From the NCBI GenBank assembly GCA_000320545.1, contig ADNK01003417.1:1-51163 (forward strand): a DNA stretch of 51,163 nucleotides. Reading direction: 5' to 3'. Under the pieces are notes generated by a model. That model did not search any database. It saw only the letters and a program-made list of their open reading frames with translations, and was not told the DNA's origin. This DNA comes from Bigelowiella natans CCMP2755 (lineage: Eukaryota; Protista; Cercozoa). Positions 35,424-49,100 of the stretch are shown here, piece after piece (positions within the stretch are counted from its first letter, which is position 1; the number at the start of each line of letters is the position of its first letter). The position numbers and the translations under genes were made by a program.

Positions 35424-36650
35424 TCAGCAAGCTTGCTTTTATTTTCTGAAGCGGCTTGCGACCTAAAGTCATTGTCCACGAGGTTATTATTCTGAGCTTT
35501 AGTACTAGAGCAATCTTGGGACCCGTCACATTTCGCTATTGCCCCCACCCTTGCCGCAAAGCTGGGTTGGTCTTGGAAAGGATTCAGCTATGATTTTCAA
35601 GAGTAAAAAATAAGACGAGGCGGAATAGTTAAGTGTTTTTATGAACTTACACTAGTTTGAGGAGAATCTGGATACCACACGCTTTCCGGTATTATGACGT
35701 GGTGGCGCAACTGCGGCGGCTGAAATTTTCTAAGGAAAAGAACATGATATCTTCCTGGGCCATTATTAAGTGAAAATCCTGTTGCTTACCTTGCAAGCTG
35801 TGACCATGCAAGTACTGTCATTCCTAAACTAATCACCCTAAAAAGAGGACTCGTGATCAAAATGTTGAAAGGAAATGTTATATTGAAAGCATTCGAAAGA
35901 TAATCTTACCCTAAGATGGAAAGGAGCAGATGGGACATAGCGACATCACGAAGGAGTCGTCCTTCTTCTTCTGTAAATTCTCCACGGAAGACTGTATAAA
36001 GGTTGACTTATTGAATAAAAATTTTAAATGAGGACGATAGGAACATACCTCGGTTCGGAGGTGTATCCGCTATTTCTGTTTAAATATGTACCAAAAAAAT
36101 TGAGAAGGAGCACACTTTTCAGAAGCACTTAAACGTAATACCACGAAGAAAGGTGTGATAGTTCGACGGCATCGTGAATTGATTAGAAAGATCGTCCAGG
36201 TTTTGTTGTGAGCTTCCTCTGGGCTGCCTCAACTAGAGATTCTCCATTTGCTATAAAAATGAATGTAAGTTATTTCGTGAATTCGATCCATGTCCAATGC
36301 ACGGGTCTATGCAATTCCATTTCAAAGGCTTCCTCGCGAATCCCCAATCAACGAAGTGAAACCAACCATTCCATCTAAATTTCTGAGCGTGTAACTTCCA
36401 ACAATAAAAGAAGCTCGTGCCTAAGCTATCTTCATGAAAACCCATTTTTTTTATTATCACCCCATGCTCGTGGAAGAGCGTTCAGTTCTTTAGGAGTGCA
36501 AAGATGCCAGTCGCAGGAGGATCATTCAGGCCAAAATATGACTTGCCAGCGCAAATTTCTATGACGCAAAACCAAAGTAGAGAGTCCGCCGAGAGAAAGA
36601 CCTTTCCATGAAATCGAAGTTTCGAAAGGGGTTCGAAAGCGAACTGCGTA
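35424..36650 (-). CDS. Unidentified multi-exon membrane protein; 5' end uncertain
   Basis: Four GT-AG exons join in phase: FRGEFTEEEGRLLRDVAMSHLLLSILG|VISLGMTVLAWSQLAR|KFQPPQLRHHVIIPESVWYPDSPQTS|LNPFQDQPSF..KQAC*; one clear TM helix. Confidence 0.5.
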
Positions 36651-36876
36651 TTTTGATTCTGCGACAATATTCGTTGGTTGTTTTCGTTGTCGCATATAGC
36701 AAACGGGGCGTAATTCTCTTGGGTCGAGATTGGGGCCGATAGCCACACACACTTGCCACGTCCTCACCTCCTCCGTATTCCTTTGTGCACAACGATTCCT
36801 TTGGACGACGTCTGAACTCTTTTCATTATCGCAACTTAGTATAGTGGCAAGTGCGTGTCGACTTTGCGTGGAAGAC

Positions 36877-38254
36877 ATGAGTTCGGGAGAGCGATATGGG
36901 GTGGTAGTTTTCGGTGCTACGGGCACCACGGGAGCAGTATGTGCTAGTTACCTACACGAGAAGTTCTCGCCTTCTGGAATAGCCTGGGCGATTGCTGGAA
37001 GAAATAGGCAGAAGCTGGAACAATTGCGGGAGAAGATATCACGCGAATCGAAAACTGATTGCAAGTGTGCGATCATCATTGCAGACTGTACGGATGCGTC
37101 CTCAATGGAGGCCATGACAGCAAAGGCTCGGGCTATTCTAACGACCGCAGGGCCATACTTCTACTACGGGGAGCCTGTGATCAAAGCATGCATTTCAACT
37201 GGAACTCACTACTTAGACATCACGGGCGAGGTCGACTGGGTGCAGAGGATGAAAAGGAAATATGATAGCGCAGCAAGGAAAGCAGGTGTCTGCATAACGA
37301 ATTTTTGTGGCTATGACTGCATTCCCGCGGAACTATCGGTGTTTCTCGCGAATCAAGCCCTTGGGGACGGCTACAAATTGGAATCAGCAGGTCGAAATAC
37401 AAAACCGATAGAAGAGGGATAGATTCGAGTTGATATCAGAAATTGATAAATTTTTACCACTACGGGTATTGATCATTTGATGTATAACAGAAACGGTCGT
37501 TGACGTGAAGAATATGAAGGGCATTGGATTTCCAAGAGGAACCTTGCTAACATTCAATAGGTTCATGGGCTCTCCCATTTCAACCATTCGCTTTTTGTGG
37601 ACGTCGTTCACCTACATCCCAGCTGAGGAACGGATGGCAGCGCTGTGGTCTTACGCTTCTTGGTGTCTGCCGAGCTGGTCGTATAGCGCCGGATTCACCA
37701 TGCCAAATATTATGGGCCTGATCAACATCCCAGTTGTCCATTCGAGTGCCTCTGCACTAGGATACGGTGGGTTGAGGCTAAACGATAGGGCTGGAATTCC
37801 CAAGGAAGCGGTTAATGTGTTCACTGGTTACGGCCTGTTCGTCGTAATGATGTTCTACGGAATCCTAGCTACAGGTTTCACGCTACTTCAGATCTCTAAC
37901 TTCTTTTGTGCGGAAAGGGTGAAAAGACTGCTCGAAAGTGCCCTGGCTCCACCCCTCAAAAGCGCAATGACTGAAATTACCCTAGAGGGCAGAGGTACAA
38001 GCACAACTGGACGTTCAAAAAGAAAGCACAAATCTGTGCACGTTGCAATGCAAATCCCAGGAGATCCTGGAGTTGCTTGCACCTGCCTTCTGGCCGTTGA
38101 GACTGCTGTTGCGCTTGTAGATAAAAGCAAAACCAAGGGTCAGCTTTCTTCTGGATTCCACACACCAGTTGTTGCATTAACTGGTTCCTTTCTAGCCAAA
38201 AGACTCCAGGCAGCTGGAGTAAAAATCAAGGCAACCACAAACAGTGGCGATTAA
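36877..38254 (+). CDS. Saccharopine dehydrogenase-like oxidoreductase (SCCPDH/trans-acting enoyl reductase family); intron 37391-37490
   Basis: YGVVVFGATGTTG Rossmann motif, WAIAGRNRQKL, TTAGPYFYYGEPVIKAC..HYLDITGE, CGYDCIPAEL, GDPG...T, GFHTPVVA. Confidence 0.92.
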
Positions 38255-39369
38255 TTGAAATATCCAAAGCACACAAAGATGAATGCATGCATGCACCACG
38301 CAGCCTGATAATTTAAAGGCAAATCAATGTTGATAACTTCCTTGATTGTCGCCATGCAACGATGTGTATTGTTGCCATAATGTGGAAACATAACACGGCT
38401 TAATTAGTGAGCGACACAAGCGCGCATGTAGCTAGGTACGTCATGTTGAGCATGCACGCTACAGACTGTCGTACGCATATATAAGTTAAAATGCTCTCGG
38501 ATATTTAGATGCAGATAGATGCTGTATGTTACACGTACATTGCAGCAAAATTGAATTGTTTCATGCTCCGATTATTCGACTTATTGCAGCATGACATGTA
38601 CTCGTTGAGTTCCTCACCACTTCCAAACATGTTAGATTATCTAATCCAAGAGAATGTTCAATTCTATCAAGTAGTCTACAACATGGTACGCAGAAAGGCA
38701 GAAGGTAAACTTGTTACGATGCTCTGCCGGCACATCCGAATACATCACACATGCATGGAAACTGTGAAGCTTCAAAGATTAATTCCATGGGGATTATGAA
38801 ACAGTCCGATGGGTCCGAATGTGTCCGAAGATTATTATGTCTCTTAGAAATTCCGAAGGTGTCCGAATATGTTACATTTAGGAAAAATTCATTTCCTATT
38901 CATTTTCTAACAATGAAAACAATCGAGTTAGCATCTTTCTCCGACGGAGGGGCAGAGTCTAATCGACGATTTGGCATGGGCTGAGCACCTTGCGAGCAGT
39001 AGCAGCAGCAGTTATGGGTTTTGAGGCTGTTTGGGGCGGGGAAGTTACTGTCGAGAGTCTGCAGTGAAAATACATGAGATATTGCTAATGCGACACACCT
39101 TCCATGATTCATTGTCGCAGAACAAAATTCATCTGTGCCTTGTCTTTGTCGGTTTGTGCACATCATCTCTCTCGCACGCAGCAGATGAATCGCCGACAGA
39201 ATTTAGACCATTTTGCAGACCATCATTTCGCAAATATAGGAGTTGTCGCGAGTCAGGAATGCGCTTTGTTCTCGCTCTGGCGTGACCTGTCACGTTGTTG
39301 CGATAGGCAAGTAAACGAAACGTCTGGGTGGGCCGCCTGCCGCTAGTCGCTGCTGCGGACGCACCCAGA

Positions 39370-40059
39370 ATGAACATCTCGAAGCGTTTCTCCACGAGAG
39401 GCAGGGGCACGGGAACAAGGATGGACTTCCGCCACAAGCCTCCATCTGCCTTCCAAGAAGCCCCGCTCCAAAAACGCCACCTTAAGTGCCCCAACCACAA
39501 GCCGAAAGTTGTTAACCCCGAACGTAGACATTTTGCTCCGCGGGGTCCTGAGCCTGTTAAACGCATAAAAAAGAAACCTCTATCTCCTCGCAATCCAAGG
39601 AGACCAGAAGGACGGGCTCATCTCAGGTGGACCAAAAAATCAGAGGAGCGTCAAGTCTTCAATGGCCATCGGCGGGTGAAACCTGGTCATCGTGAGACCT
39701 CTGAAGTCCACAATCTAGAAAAGATGATGGGTGCAAAACGGAGAGTGCCAAGCAGAATCTCAAAACGAAATGGGCTTATGGACAGATCTCAGGGGGATAA
39801 GCCATATAGTCACGTTGAATACTCGGAAAACTATTTCCAGAAAAGAGGGCTTGTCCCTCAGATAGAGCTGGACCGGACCTTAGGACGTAGAACCATGCTG
39901 AATGCCAAGAAGGGGGGTAGGTTCGAAACAAAGAGACTGAAATCCTACTCAGAAGTAACAGCGGAACAGAGGCATAAGGCTGAACAAGAAGAGGTAGCCA
40001 ATCTTCCCAGCATTCCCTGCGAGGGGAATGAATCGGATGATGGAATAGGGGGTAACTGA
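39370..40059 (+). CDS. Hypothetical highly basic protein (~229 aa), intronless
   Basis: Open ORF with non-repetitive coding-like composition between promoter-like and 3'-like DNA; no family recognised. Confidence 0.6.
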   Translation: MNISKRFSTRGRGTGTRMDFRHKPPSAFQEAPLQKRHLKCPNHKPKVVNPERRHFAPRGPEPVKRIKKKPLSPRNPRRPEGRAHLRWTKKSEERQVFNGHRRVKPGHRETSEVHNLEKMMGAKRRVPSRISKRNGLMDRSQGDKPYSHVEYSENYFQKRGLVPQIELDRTLGRRTMLNAKKGGRFETKRLKSYSEVTAEQRHKAEQEEVANLPSIPCEGNESDDGIGGN

Positions 40060-40856
40060 TGAGCAAGAACTAAATGAAAATTTATACAGCACGTGCTTCA
40101 AAAACTGTAAATTTACGATTGCACAATCTCAACATAGAGTGTCGAAACGAACGCAATTATTTCCACTGTGCACATGTCGTCGATGCATCAAACGTGTTAT
40201 TTATGGACAGCCAAGTAAGGCGGCCCTTGCTGCAACACGCAGCTGTCTACCTCGCTATGTGTGCTTATCGACACAAGGTATCCTTCTATACATAGCATAC
40301 ACTAGCTACAATGTGTGCTATGACGAGCGTAGCGCAGCGTTGTGCATGTAGCACGACGACACAATGTGATGCGCATATGACTATAGATAGTATGATCGAG
40401 ACTTACGTACGGATCTAGGCGGGATGTTATAATGTACGTGCGTACGCTAATTACGCTAGCAGCGCATCTACAATTGCATGAAAATATTCAATCACTTCAT
40501 TACAACCGTCTCACAATGTACGTGCGTGCTATGTGTGCTTGTGCGTTCGATTGATTCGCGGCATGCATGGCATGGCTATGCTAGCCCATGCTTAATAACT
40601 GCTATGCACATTGTGCATGCGACAGGTCAATCTAGCAATCTCATTGGTACGACCACTGGTAGCTACTACACCTTCGATCGTAGTGACGTCGCATCACGTA
40701 TACACGTGTGCGATGTGTGCATATTCACATTAGCTGGCCATACTATGTGACATGCAGCATGCACAAAAGCACATGCATCTTGCTCATTCATGTATGCAGC
40801 GACAGCGTAGACAAAATGCTGTCATTACATCCGATAGTCAGTCGCATATCTGTATG

Positions 40857-40963
40857 TAGCCGCTGCATTGCTAGATTGCACAGCTACAAACATTAGGATG
40901 ACTATTGAACAAATTCAATTTGATTGATTACAATCCGTCTTACATCCGTCTTGTTCACAATGA
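40857..40963 (+). repeat. Copy of the dispersed 3'-intergenic repeat
   Basis: TAGCCGCTGCATTGC..TGCACAGCTA..AGGATGACTATTGAACAAATTCAATTTGATTGATTACAATCCGTCTTACATCCGTC aligns to the reverse complement of 13473-13572. Confidence 0.75.
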
Positions 40964-41706
40964 TGTTGTGGACACAAAGAAAGATGGGAGCCGACGAGGG
41001 GGGGAGCTAGGGAGTTTTCTAGTTTGGGGAGCGAGAGAGCTGCATGATAAGAAACAGATTGCGAGCGCAGCGTTGAACCTTGATGCTGGACATAGCATCG
41101 TACGTGTCATTCATACAACGCAACGGGCGTGCGATGTAAGCCCAGTCAGATGGATTTATTTTTCAATTTTTTGTCGTTCTTAAATGTACATTCCACATTG
41201 TGCAATGGTTTCGAGGGTGGGCACCGCGAGCGAATTTTTTTTGATCGGATGAGATGAGGATCGTCTCCTGTAACGTCGTCCTTTCAGCTGACTACGTGGA
41301 AACATCGCAGCTTGCTGGTCGCATTGATCGTCCACTTGCACAAACGTATTCTTTGCACGCCGGGTGCTGGGTTGAGATGATTCAGAATGGGTACAGAGTC
41401 TCATCTAAGAGTCCCAGAGCTTGCTTTCCAGGGGAATGGGGGGTTGGGAAAGAGGGTTGGTGCTGCGTTGCGAACAATTTGGGAGAGGGGGGGCGAGGGA
41501 AGGGGGAGGGGGGGGGGGGGCCTCGGTCGGGAGCATGGGCGGGGGAAGATGAGGACAGAGGATGGTAAGATTCCATTCGGAGAAGACGCCAAATAGGTTA
41601 TTATATCCATATCCCCTCATTGGATGAATCCTCAAAGCAAGTAACAGGCAAGATACCAACTGCACTACCACTACTACTACTACTGCTACTACTACTACTA
41701 CTACTA

Positions 41707-44700
41707 CTACGTGTCGAATTTCGGGTTCTTGCCCATCTTCCTCCGTTTAAACGAGCCGCCCCCCATGTCACCGAACTTGCGCTTGTCCTTCTTGTAATCG
41801 TAGTGGCTCGACGAGAACGACGCGGAATGGCTGCCGCCGCCGGCCTTGTTGTGCTGCTTCAGGATCGAGCGCAGCCCGTCGAGCTTGTGCTGCTTCATCT
41901 TGATGTGGTTTCGCATGTTGATGAGCGTCACGACGTCCTGCCGCAGCTCGTTGTACTTCTTACAGACGTCCTGCGTGGGCACCGCGAAGGGTCTAGGCTT
42001 CTTCAGGCTGAGTTGGATCGACACGAATTCGTTCTCAAGGTTCTTCATCTGCCGGCCGCCGAGCTGCAGCGGCGCGGCGAGCTGCAGGCTCCGCAGCGTC
42101 ACCCCGGGCTTCAGGGGCGCCACGATGCTCTTCGCGAGCACCTCCTCGGGGATGGGCGCGAGCTTGATCTCCCGGTCCTCCTCCTCCATCTCCATGTCCT
42201 GGAAGACGTCCTCGATGTCGTTGGAGGACGATTTCATCTCGCCCGGCGTGGCGGAGCCGAACTTGTTCAGACGCCGCCCCCCCGTAGGAACAACTCCGGA
42301 GGAGGCACCTCGCATCGAGGACCCCGCGCCTTCTATCGAGCTGCCGCCAGCGCCGCTGCGGTAGTATTTCGGGTTGTACGACGAGCCCCCCCCCCGCTTA
42401 TGCGACGAGGAGGAGGGGCCGTCGTGGGTCGACGAGGACGCGGCGGCCGCCATTCGGTGGTCGTACATGCGCCCCCCGTGCTTCTCGCCCAGGGACCTCT
42501 TGATCATCTTTATCCGCTTGTTCAGGCGGCGTGCCGCGATGACGGTGGAGGCGATCTTGAGCTCCTGCGAGTAGGTCCTCCTTTGGAGCAGGTCGAGCTC
42601 CACGCGGCGGCGGCTCTCGTGCTCCATGTCATACTCAAACTTGATCATGGGGTGCTTGTCGATGTCGGGGTCCCTCCCGTTCCTGACCCTCAGCAGCATG
42701 CGTTGGATGGAATAAAAGCGGTCCTTCAACTCCTCTACCGACCGGGGGTTTCTACTGCTGCTGCTGCTGCTGCTGCTGCCTCGGTCCTCGGGCTCCAAGT
42801 CCTGGTCTTCTATCGTCGTCGTCGAGTTGTTCCGTTGCCGTCTTTCGTCGCCCTCATCGTCTCTCGTAGACGAGCTGCTAGAGGCGGGCTGAGGCGGTTG
42901 TGACTGCTGCTGCTGCTGCTGCTGCACCCGTTGGTGAGGTGCTGTTTGAGCGATGTTGTCGCCGCCGGGGCCAACTACTGGCGGCTTTGATGATGCCGCC
43001 GAGCTATTACCAGCGTCGTTTTTATTGGTCGTAGGAGGAGAAGAATTAGCCATCGGGGGGAGGGATGTCACAGCGGCGGCAGCTGTGGAGGGGGCATTTC
43101 GGGTGGTGGTGGTGGTGGGTGGGGTGGTGGGGAGGGGGGGGGGTCGTTGTTGCTGCGGCGCCGTGACTACTACTTGTACTATTATTGTTGTTTTTCATTC
43201 CACCGCCAGCAGGGGCAGCAGTAGCAGCAGTATTTGCTGCAGTACTGTGTGGATTGTTAGCGACCGCAGCTGCATTCTGTCCTCCAGAGCTTGGTACCAC
43301 CTCCATCGAAGCAGTAGTCGCTGTGCCAGCAGCAGCAGCCGCCGATGAGCTGCTGCTGGGGTTCAACCCTGCTGGTGGTTGTGGTCTAGCTTGATTTGTT
43401 GTCGCTCCTGTCCCCGCTACTACTGCTGCTGCTGCTGCTGCGGGTGTCGTAGCGGCTGCGGGTGTCGTCCCCTCTTCCTTTACTACCACTCCCTTTTCCT
43501 CCACTTCCATCAGCTGAGGCCCATTGCCTCTACTACTATTACCACTACTACTACTTGGTTGTTGCGAAAGCGATATGGATGCTGCGGAAGGACGGTCAGC
43601 TGCTTGTGCGGTCTCTGTCGCTGCTCCTGTCGATGCGGCCTTCTCCCCCCCCGGCTGCTGCACCGCTGCTGCTGCGGTGGCGTCGTTGTTCGACACTGAT
43701 CTGGCAGCATCAGTCAACTGCTGTTTCCGCTTGGCTTCGCTTTCCTTCGATTCGATTCGGCGCTGCTGCTGCTGCTGCTGCTGCTGTGCCGATGCTATTA
43801 TAGGGCTGTAGTCTTTCTCCTCAAAGCTGTGTGGGGTCGGGATGAGGTTGTAGCGGTCATGGACTACCAGAAATCTGAGATCGTAGTCCTCGCACAAAGC
43901 GAACAGAGAGTCGGTTTCGTCCCGTGTCCACTCAGGATGCTGCAGGTACTGTTCATACTCCTCATCGGTATATCGGAGGAACTTAAGACTTTCGTCGAAA
44001 CAGGAAAACTTGTAGTCGCTGCCAGCAGAAACCTTACTTAGATCCCGCCAGTGATAGATCGTCAGATCGTCCTCCAGCTTGTCTGATTCTTTGAGCCGGG
44101 AGGAGTTTCTTATGGGCACCCACTCCCATCTAGATTGGAATTCCCCATCATCCTCGTCGTCAGATTCTACGGCGGGCGCGAGGGTGATGACGTCTGCGTC
44201 TGTCAACCATTCCGCCTCCCTAGGATTGTATACGACCTTAACTTGCCGCAAAACCTCGTCATCACACTCGACAGCGACAGGATTTGGGGACGGGGCTGGA
44301 GGTGCCACCTTGTTCGCTGTTGCACTTTCAACCTGATTTGAAATTTGCATCATTGTGGATATAGGAACCACATCGAACACTGCCTGTTTGGGGCCCCGAA
44401 AAAGGAAATAAGATTGAAATGACCCCAGGCTAACCCCCACCCCCCTTTCATAGCAGATCCCCGATATGTTATTCGGCTTCATTAACATAAATTTGATTTA
44501 TATTACAACCTTCGCATCTTGTTGCAACGGTTGAGTCTTTATGGAACCGAGCTGCTTTTTGTTTGTCCGGTACTGTGAGACCGAAAGCGCCCCGGAACCC
44601 GGGTGTGCGTGAGGATTGTATGAGTTCATTTGATGTTTTGATAGAGACATATGGGGTCCTCCTGCCAATGAGTTAATTCTGGCATTAGCCCCTCTATGAA

Positions 44701-44958
44701 TGGATCCATTCGCACTGCTGAGACTGATCCTACTTTGAGGTGTGGCGCCTGCGGAGCCCATCACGGATGCTGAGTAAGATTTGTGAATATCTTTGCCGGG
44801 TGCAGATGCTGCTGAGGTACGAAGTTAGTTGATTGACCGTAGAAATGAATTGATAAAAAGCTGTCACCTTTGGCCTGAGGGTTCTTCGCAACGATTTCGG
44901 CCAGCTTCTCCTTGGATACGAAAGAGGCCAAGCCTAGCACGTCGTTGCTCAAACCCAT
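41707..44958 (-). CDS. DMAP1: DMAP1/SWC4/EAF2 (SWR1/NuA4 subunit) with a long low-complexity insertion; apparent frame change at ~43131-43143
   Basis: WEWVPIRNSSR..LTIYHW..DYKFSCF..YTDEEYEQYL..EWTRDETDSLFALCEDYDLRFLVVHDRY, later RSVEELKDRFYSI..FEYDMEHESRRRVEL and VPTQDVCKKYNELR are SWC4/DMAP1 signatures. Confidence 0.9.
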
Positions 44959-46136
44959 TGTGCTCGTATCCTTAGAGTGACAAGAATAGTGAGTATTCTC
45001 TTCAACGTCAAGCCATATTGATATTGAAGTAGATACCTTAAAAGTTGACTTTCAGCTACTCATCTTGTTCTACCTCTCATCCTTTACACCCCTGCGGGCC
45101 CCCATTCACAGCAATCCCTCAAAGGTCAACCGGAAGATTTAATATTCGAAAGGGCATCAAAAAATATCCCTCCCTTAACCCAGTATCGTCAAATATCCTT
45201 TGTCGTATCCTATTTATATCATTGAATATAAAATTTTCTTCTAGATTATTGTATTTTTCAACTTCTGAGAAATTGGATTTAGCAATGTTGCTTGGATTCA
45301 AAATAGGTTCTATTTTTTACATAAGGTATCGAAATATGTATGTCGTCTAATATAATTGTCCGTACTTCACAGGTGTCATCTTTTCGCTTTTTTTACGCAT
45401 CAGACGCACTTCCCCGCTCAAATGCAGAACTTTATTTCTCGGCTCGAGTCACTTTTTTTAACGTCGTTCAAGTTTTCACTTCATCAAGAATATTTGAAAA
45501 TACGAGGAGAAAACACAGATACGTCTCGCAATTTTTCTTACCTTAGATACGTTTTTAATTTTGAAGAACTTCAATATTTCCAATTTGAAATATGAGAAAT
45601 GTTTATTCGTTTGTTCTCTCAATGCATGATCTTTTCTCGGTTGACAAATAATTCAGATCTAAATATTTGTTTACGTTAAGCTAAATGCCTGCTCATTAAT
45701 CCATAAAATCATATTATCTACATTAAGAATCATAAAAAGAATTATATTTATCACACAAAATCGTTCTATATAACGTATGATAATTTTTGAAAGTGTGTGG
45801 AAACTGCTCGTAACGCCTATTTGAGTACCGTCTTCGCAATATTCATGTCGCAATCTACGAATAGATTGGAATATCATCAATATAGCTACCGAGTTTCGCG
45901 GTTTTTGAAGAGGTTCAGACAGGCGTTTCAAAGTAGTTGGAGAGGAGCATCCCCCTCCACGCCCAACGCCCCCCTGTGCGATACCCCACCACACAACAGG
46001 GTTTCTTCACTGAATTTATCGGAGGGACAGACGGTTGATTTAATTAAACCAAAAGGAGAGATAGAGGAGGCGAGGAGCCGAATCTCCCAGAGAATCAAGA
46101 ACGACACGGCGAGAGGAACGTTAGGAATAAGAAGCC

Positions 46137-49100
46137 ATGCAGTTCCGTTACCTCGACACCATCCAAAACTCGGGTAAAAATCTTAACCAATCTCCCCATA
46201 AATGATACGTTCGGCTCCTTATACCCCTGGGATGATACATAGAACGAATGGACGATGGGAAGTTCCATAAGGTTACTGCGATGTCATGGTCTCCCAACGG
46301 AATGAGACTGGCCGTTGCTACTTACAGGTCGTCATTGAACAGCAGTACAATTTTGATGAATAGGTAGATATATAAATATGTGTGCGTGTGTGTGGGTGTG
46401 GGTGTGTGTATCGGCACTCCCTAATTCATACTTATCACCCCAGTCGAAAGATTTTTCTTTATGACGAAGAGGGAAAGGAGAGGGATCGGTTCAATACCAA
46501 ACCCGCCCTTAAGGTCAGGCTACCACAAAAGCTACACTTCCGCTAAAATATAGTTTTCAACCTTTGCAAACTTATCAATGTATATATCAGAATGGATCTC
46601 GTAATTACCTCATCCGTGATATCGCATTCTCCCCGGACTCTACTTTGCTGGCCGTCGCGCAAAGCGACAACATTGTATTTGTTTACAAGCTCGGCTCTAC
46701 TTGGGGAGCTAAAAAGACCATTTGCAACAAGTTTCTACGGCGTGTCTCGGTTACGTGCATGTGCTGGCCCGCGAAGAGGCCTGGCGAAATTGTATTTGGC
46801 CTCGCGGATGGCCAGGTAATGGTCGGTGTGCTGAAGAATAACAAAGCATTCCGGCTCTTCTCGACAGAATCGTATGTGGTTTCCCTCGCACCGAGCCCAT
46901 CAGGCCATGGGTTCGTGTGCGGTCACTTGGATGGCAATGTGCATCGATACGCGTTCAGGGACGCTTCCGGGGGTCGCGCAGAGACTAGCCGCGTGTTCAA
47001 AGTTCCCTTTGTGCCATACTGCCTCGCTCACGGTGTGCACATTGCGGTGGCAGGAAACACGGGTCAGGTTCGATTCTACACGGATGTCGGAGAACACGTG
47101 CAGACGTTCACGCACACTCTACAACCGCTGAGAGATGACGGCGGAGACACTGCAGGGGGGGAGACCGGGGAGGAGAACAAGAAGCTTGAGGCCTCTTCGA
47201 AGACTCGTAGCTCCATCAAGGAGTTCTCCTCAGCTCGATTCAACCCTGCAGGCCACACCGTGGTGTTTGGCAACTTTTCATGCTTCTTCACCTTCGTTTA
47301 TAACCCGAACGCAGAGCGATGGAACGAAGCGCCCATCACGCACATCGAAAACCTGTACACGATCAGCGCCATGTCATGGCGGCCAGACGGCTCCAAGCTC
47401 GCCACGGGCTCTCTGTGCGGGGCTGTCGATTTGTACGATGCCTGCATCAGACGCTTTAGGTACCGCGGCCAGTGGGAGTTCACTTACACCAGTGCGAGCT
47501 CCCTCGTCGTCAAAACGATCGCGACGGGAGAGACAGCCTCCGTCAGCTCCAAGCTCAACTACGAGATTACGAAGAGCGACATATACGCGGAGCGCTATTT
47601 CGTCGGGAGAACCCCAGAGACGCTCATCCTCTGCGACCTCGAAACGCGCCGCACAAGCGAGATCGAGTGGGTTCGCTCCGGGAAGGAGAGATTCTTCTTT
47701 GACAACCCCACCGTGTGCATGGTAAGGACAAACAGTTGCGGGAGAATCATAAAGGGGTGAGGTGGGAATTTGGCTGGTATTTCACGGCACTAAAGGGAAG
47801 AACCATGCTGTGCAGAAAATGTCAAATATAGTGGTCGGTTGGGGGGAGCTCCTTTGGATATGACTCTAATCAATTCGACTTTTTCTGATTTTGTGTTAAC
47901 GCTTTGATAACGTTCAGGTTTTTGCGGCTGGGGAGCTGTCGATCGTTCAATATGGCAGCAATGAGATCATTGGGCAAGTGCGCACTGAGCACATGAACCC
48001 CCATCTCATCTCGACGAGAATCTCAGAACTAGAGGAGAAGGTTCAGATCAAGAAAGTGGCTTTCCTGCTCGACCAGCTCTCGGTAAGAACGCTTACAATC
48101 TACCCCACGAGCTCGGTTTTTGCTTGTTCGTTGGCTCAATTTCTTCTAGAATTCCCACGCATGAAAAGTGTCTGGACGATGCCTGCATTTTCCACTTTAC
48201 TCCCTGCCATTGGCTTGGGTTACGATTGCATACCGAGTATAGCTGTGTAGTTGACGTTGCCTGTGCTCCTGCTCGTTTTTCTTTATCTTTCAGATCCGCG
48301 TGTTGGACCTACTCTACGGGCATGACGTGACGGTGAGCCATACCGCCCGCATAGATTGGCTCGAGCTGAACGTGAAGGCCTCGAAGCTGCTCTTCCGCGA
48401 CAATAGGCGTACATTGCACCTCTTCGACCTGTCCCAGAGGAACGACGGTAGCCAGCAAAAGCGGGTGACGCTGCTCAACTTCTGCGACTATGTGCAGTGG
48501 GTGCCCGGCTCAGATGCTGTCGTGGCTCAGAGCCGCAACATCTTGTACGTGTGGTACCGCATTGAGAACTCGGACCAGGTCGTGACGCGCGAGATCAAAG
48601 GGGACGTGGAGGAGATCGAAAGGCTCGAGGAGGGAAAGACCCACATCATCGTCAACGAGGGCTCCTCGCGCGCCACCTACGTGCTCGACGAGGACCTCAT
48701 CGCCTTCGACTCGGCGCTCGATGACATGCAGCTCGTGAAGGCGATGCAGATCCTGGAGGCGATGGACGTGAAGAAGCGGAAGGAGCAGAAGCAAGGAGGT
48801 GCCAACGCACTTCACCAACGAAAGATGGAGGAGAAGGGCGTGTATGAGCTCGGTGACAGCGAGAAATCTCGCGAAGCTATGTGGGAGCAGCTGGCCAGCT
48901 GCGCGATCGACGCCAACGCGTATGCCATCGGTGCGAGGGCCTATGCTGCCTTGGGCGACCTGAGCAAGTCCCAGTACATGTCCAAGCTGAGCTCGCTCGC
49001 CATGGAGCATGGCGAGAACGACTTCCGGGTCGAAGCTCAGGTCGCCATATACCGGCGCCAGTTTAAGAAAGCGGAGGCAATCTACATGGACAACGGCCGC

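Noticed and set aside
38803-38872. Cluster of TCCGAA/TCCGAT motifs as possible TE subterminal repeats
   Set aside because: No matching inverted end or TSD found; too short to support.
41620-42903. 427-aa plus-strand ORF
   Set aside because: Antisense shadow of the GC-rich DMAP1 exon.
43131-43143. Frameshift between the two DMAP1 ORFs (pseudogene or programmed frameshift)
   Set aside because: It coincides with a long G homopolymer in a conserved, normally essential gene; most likely a sequencing/assembly length error.
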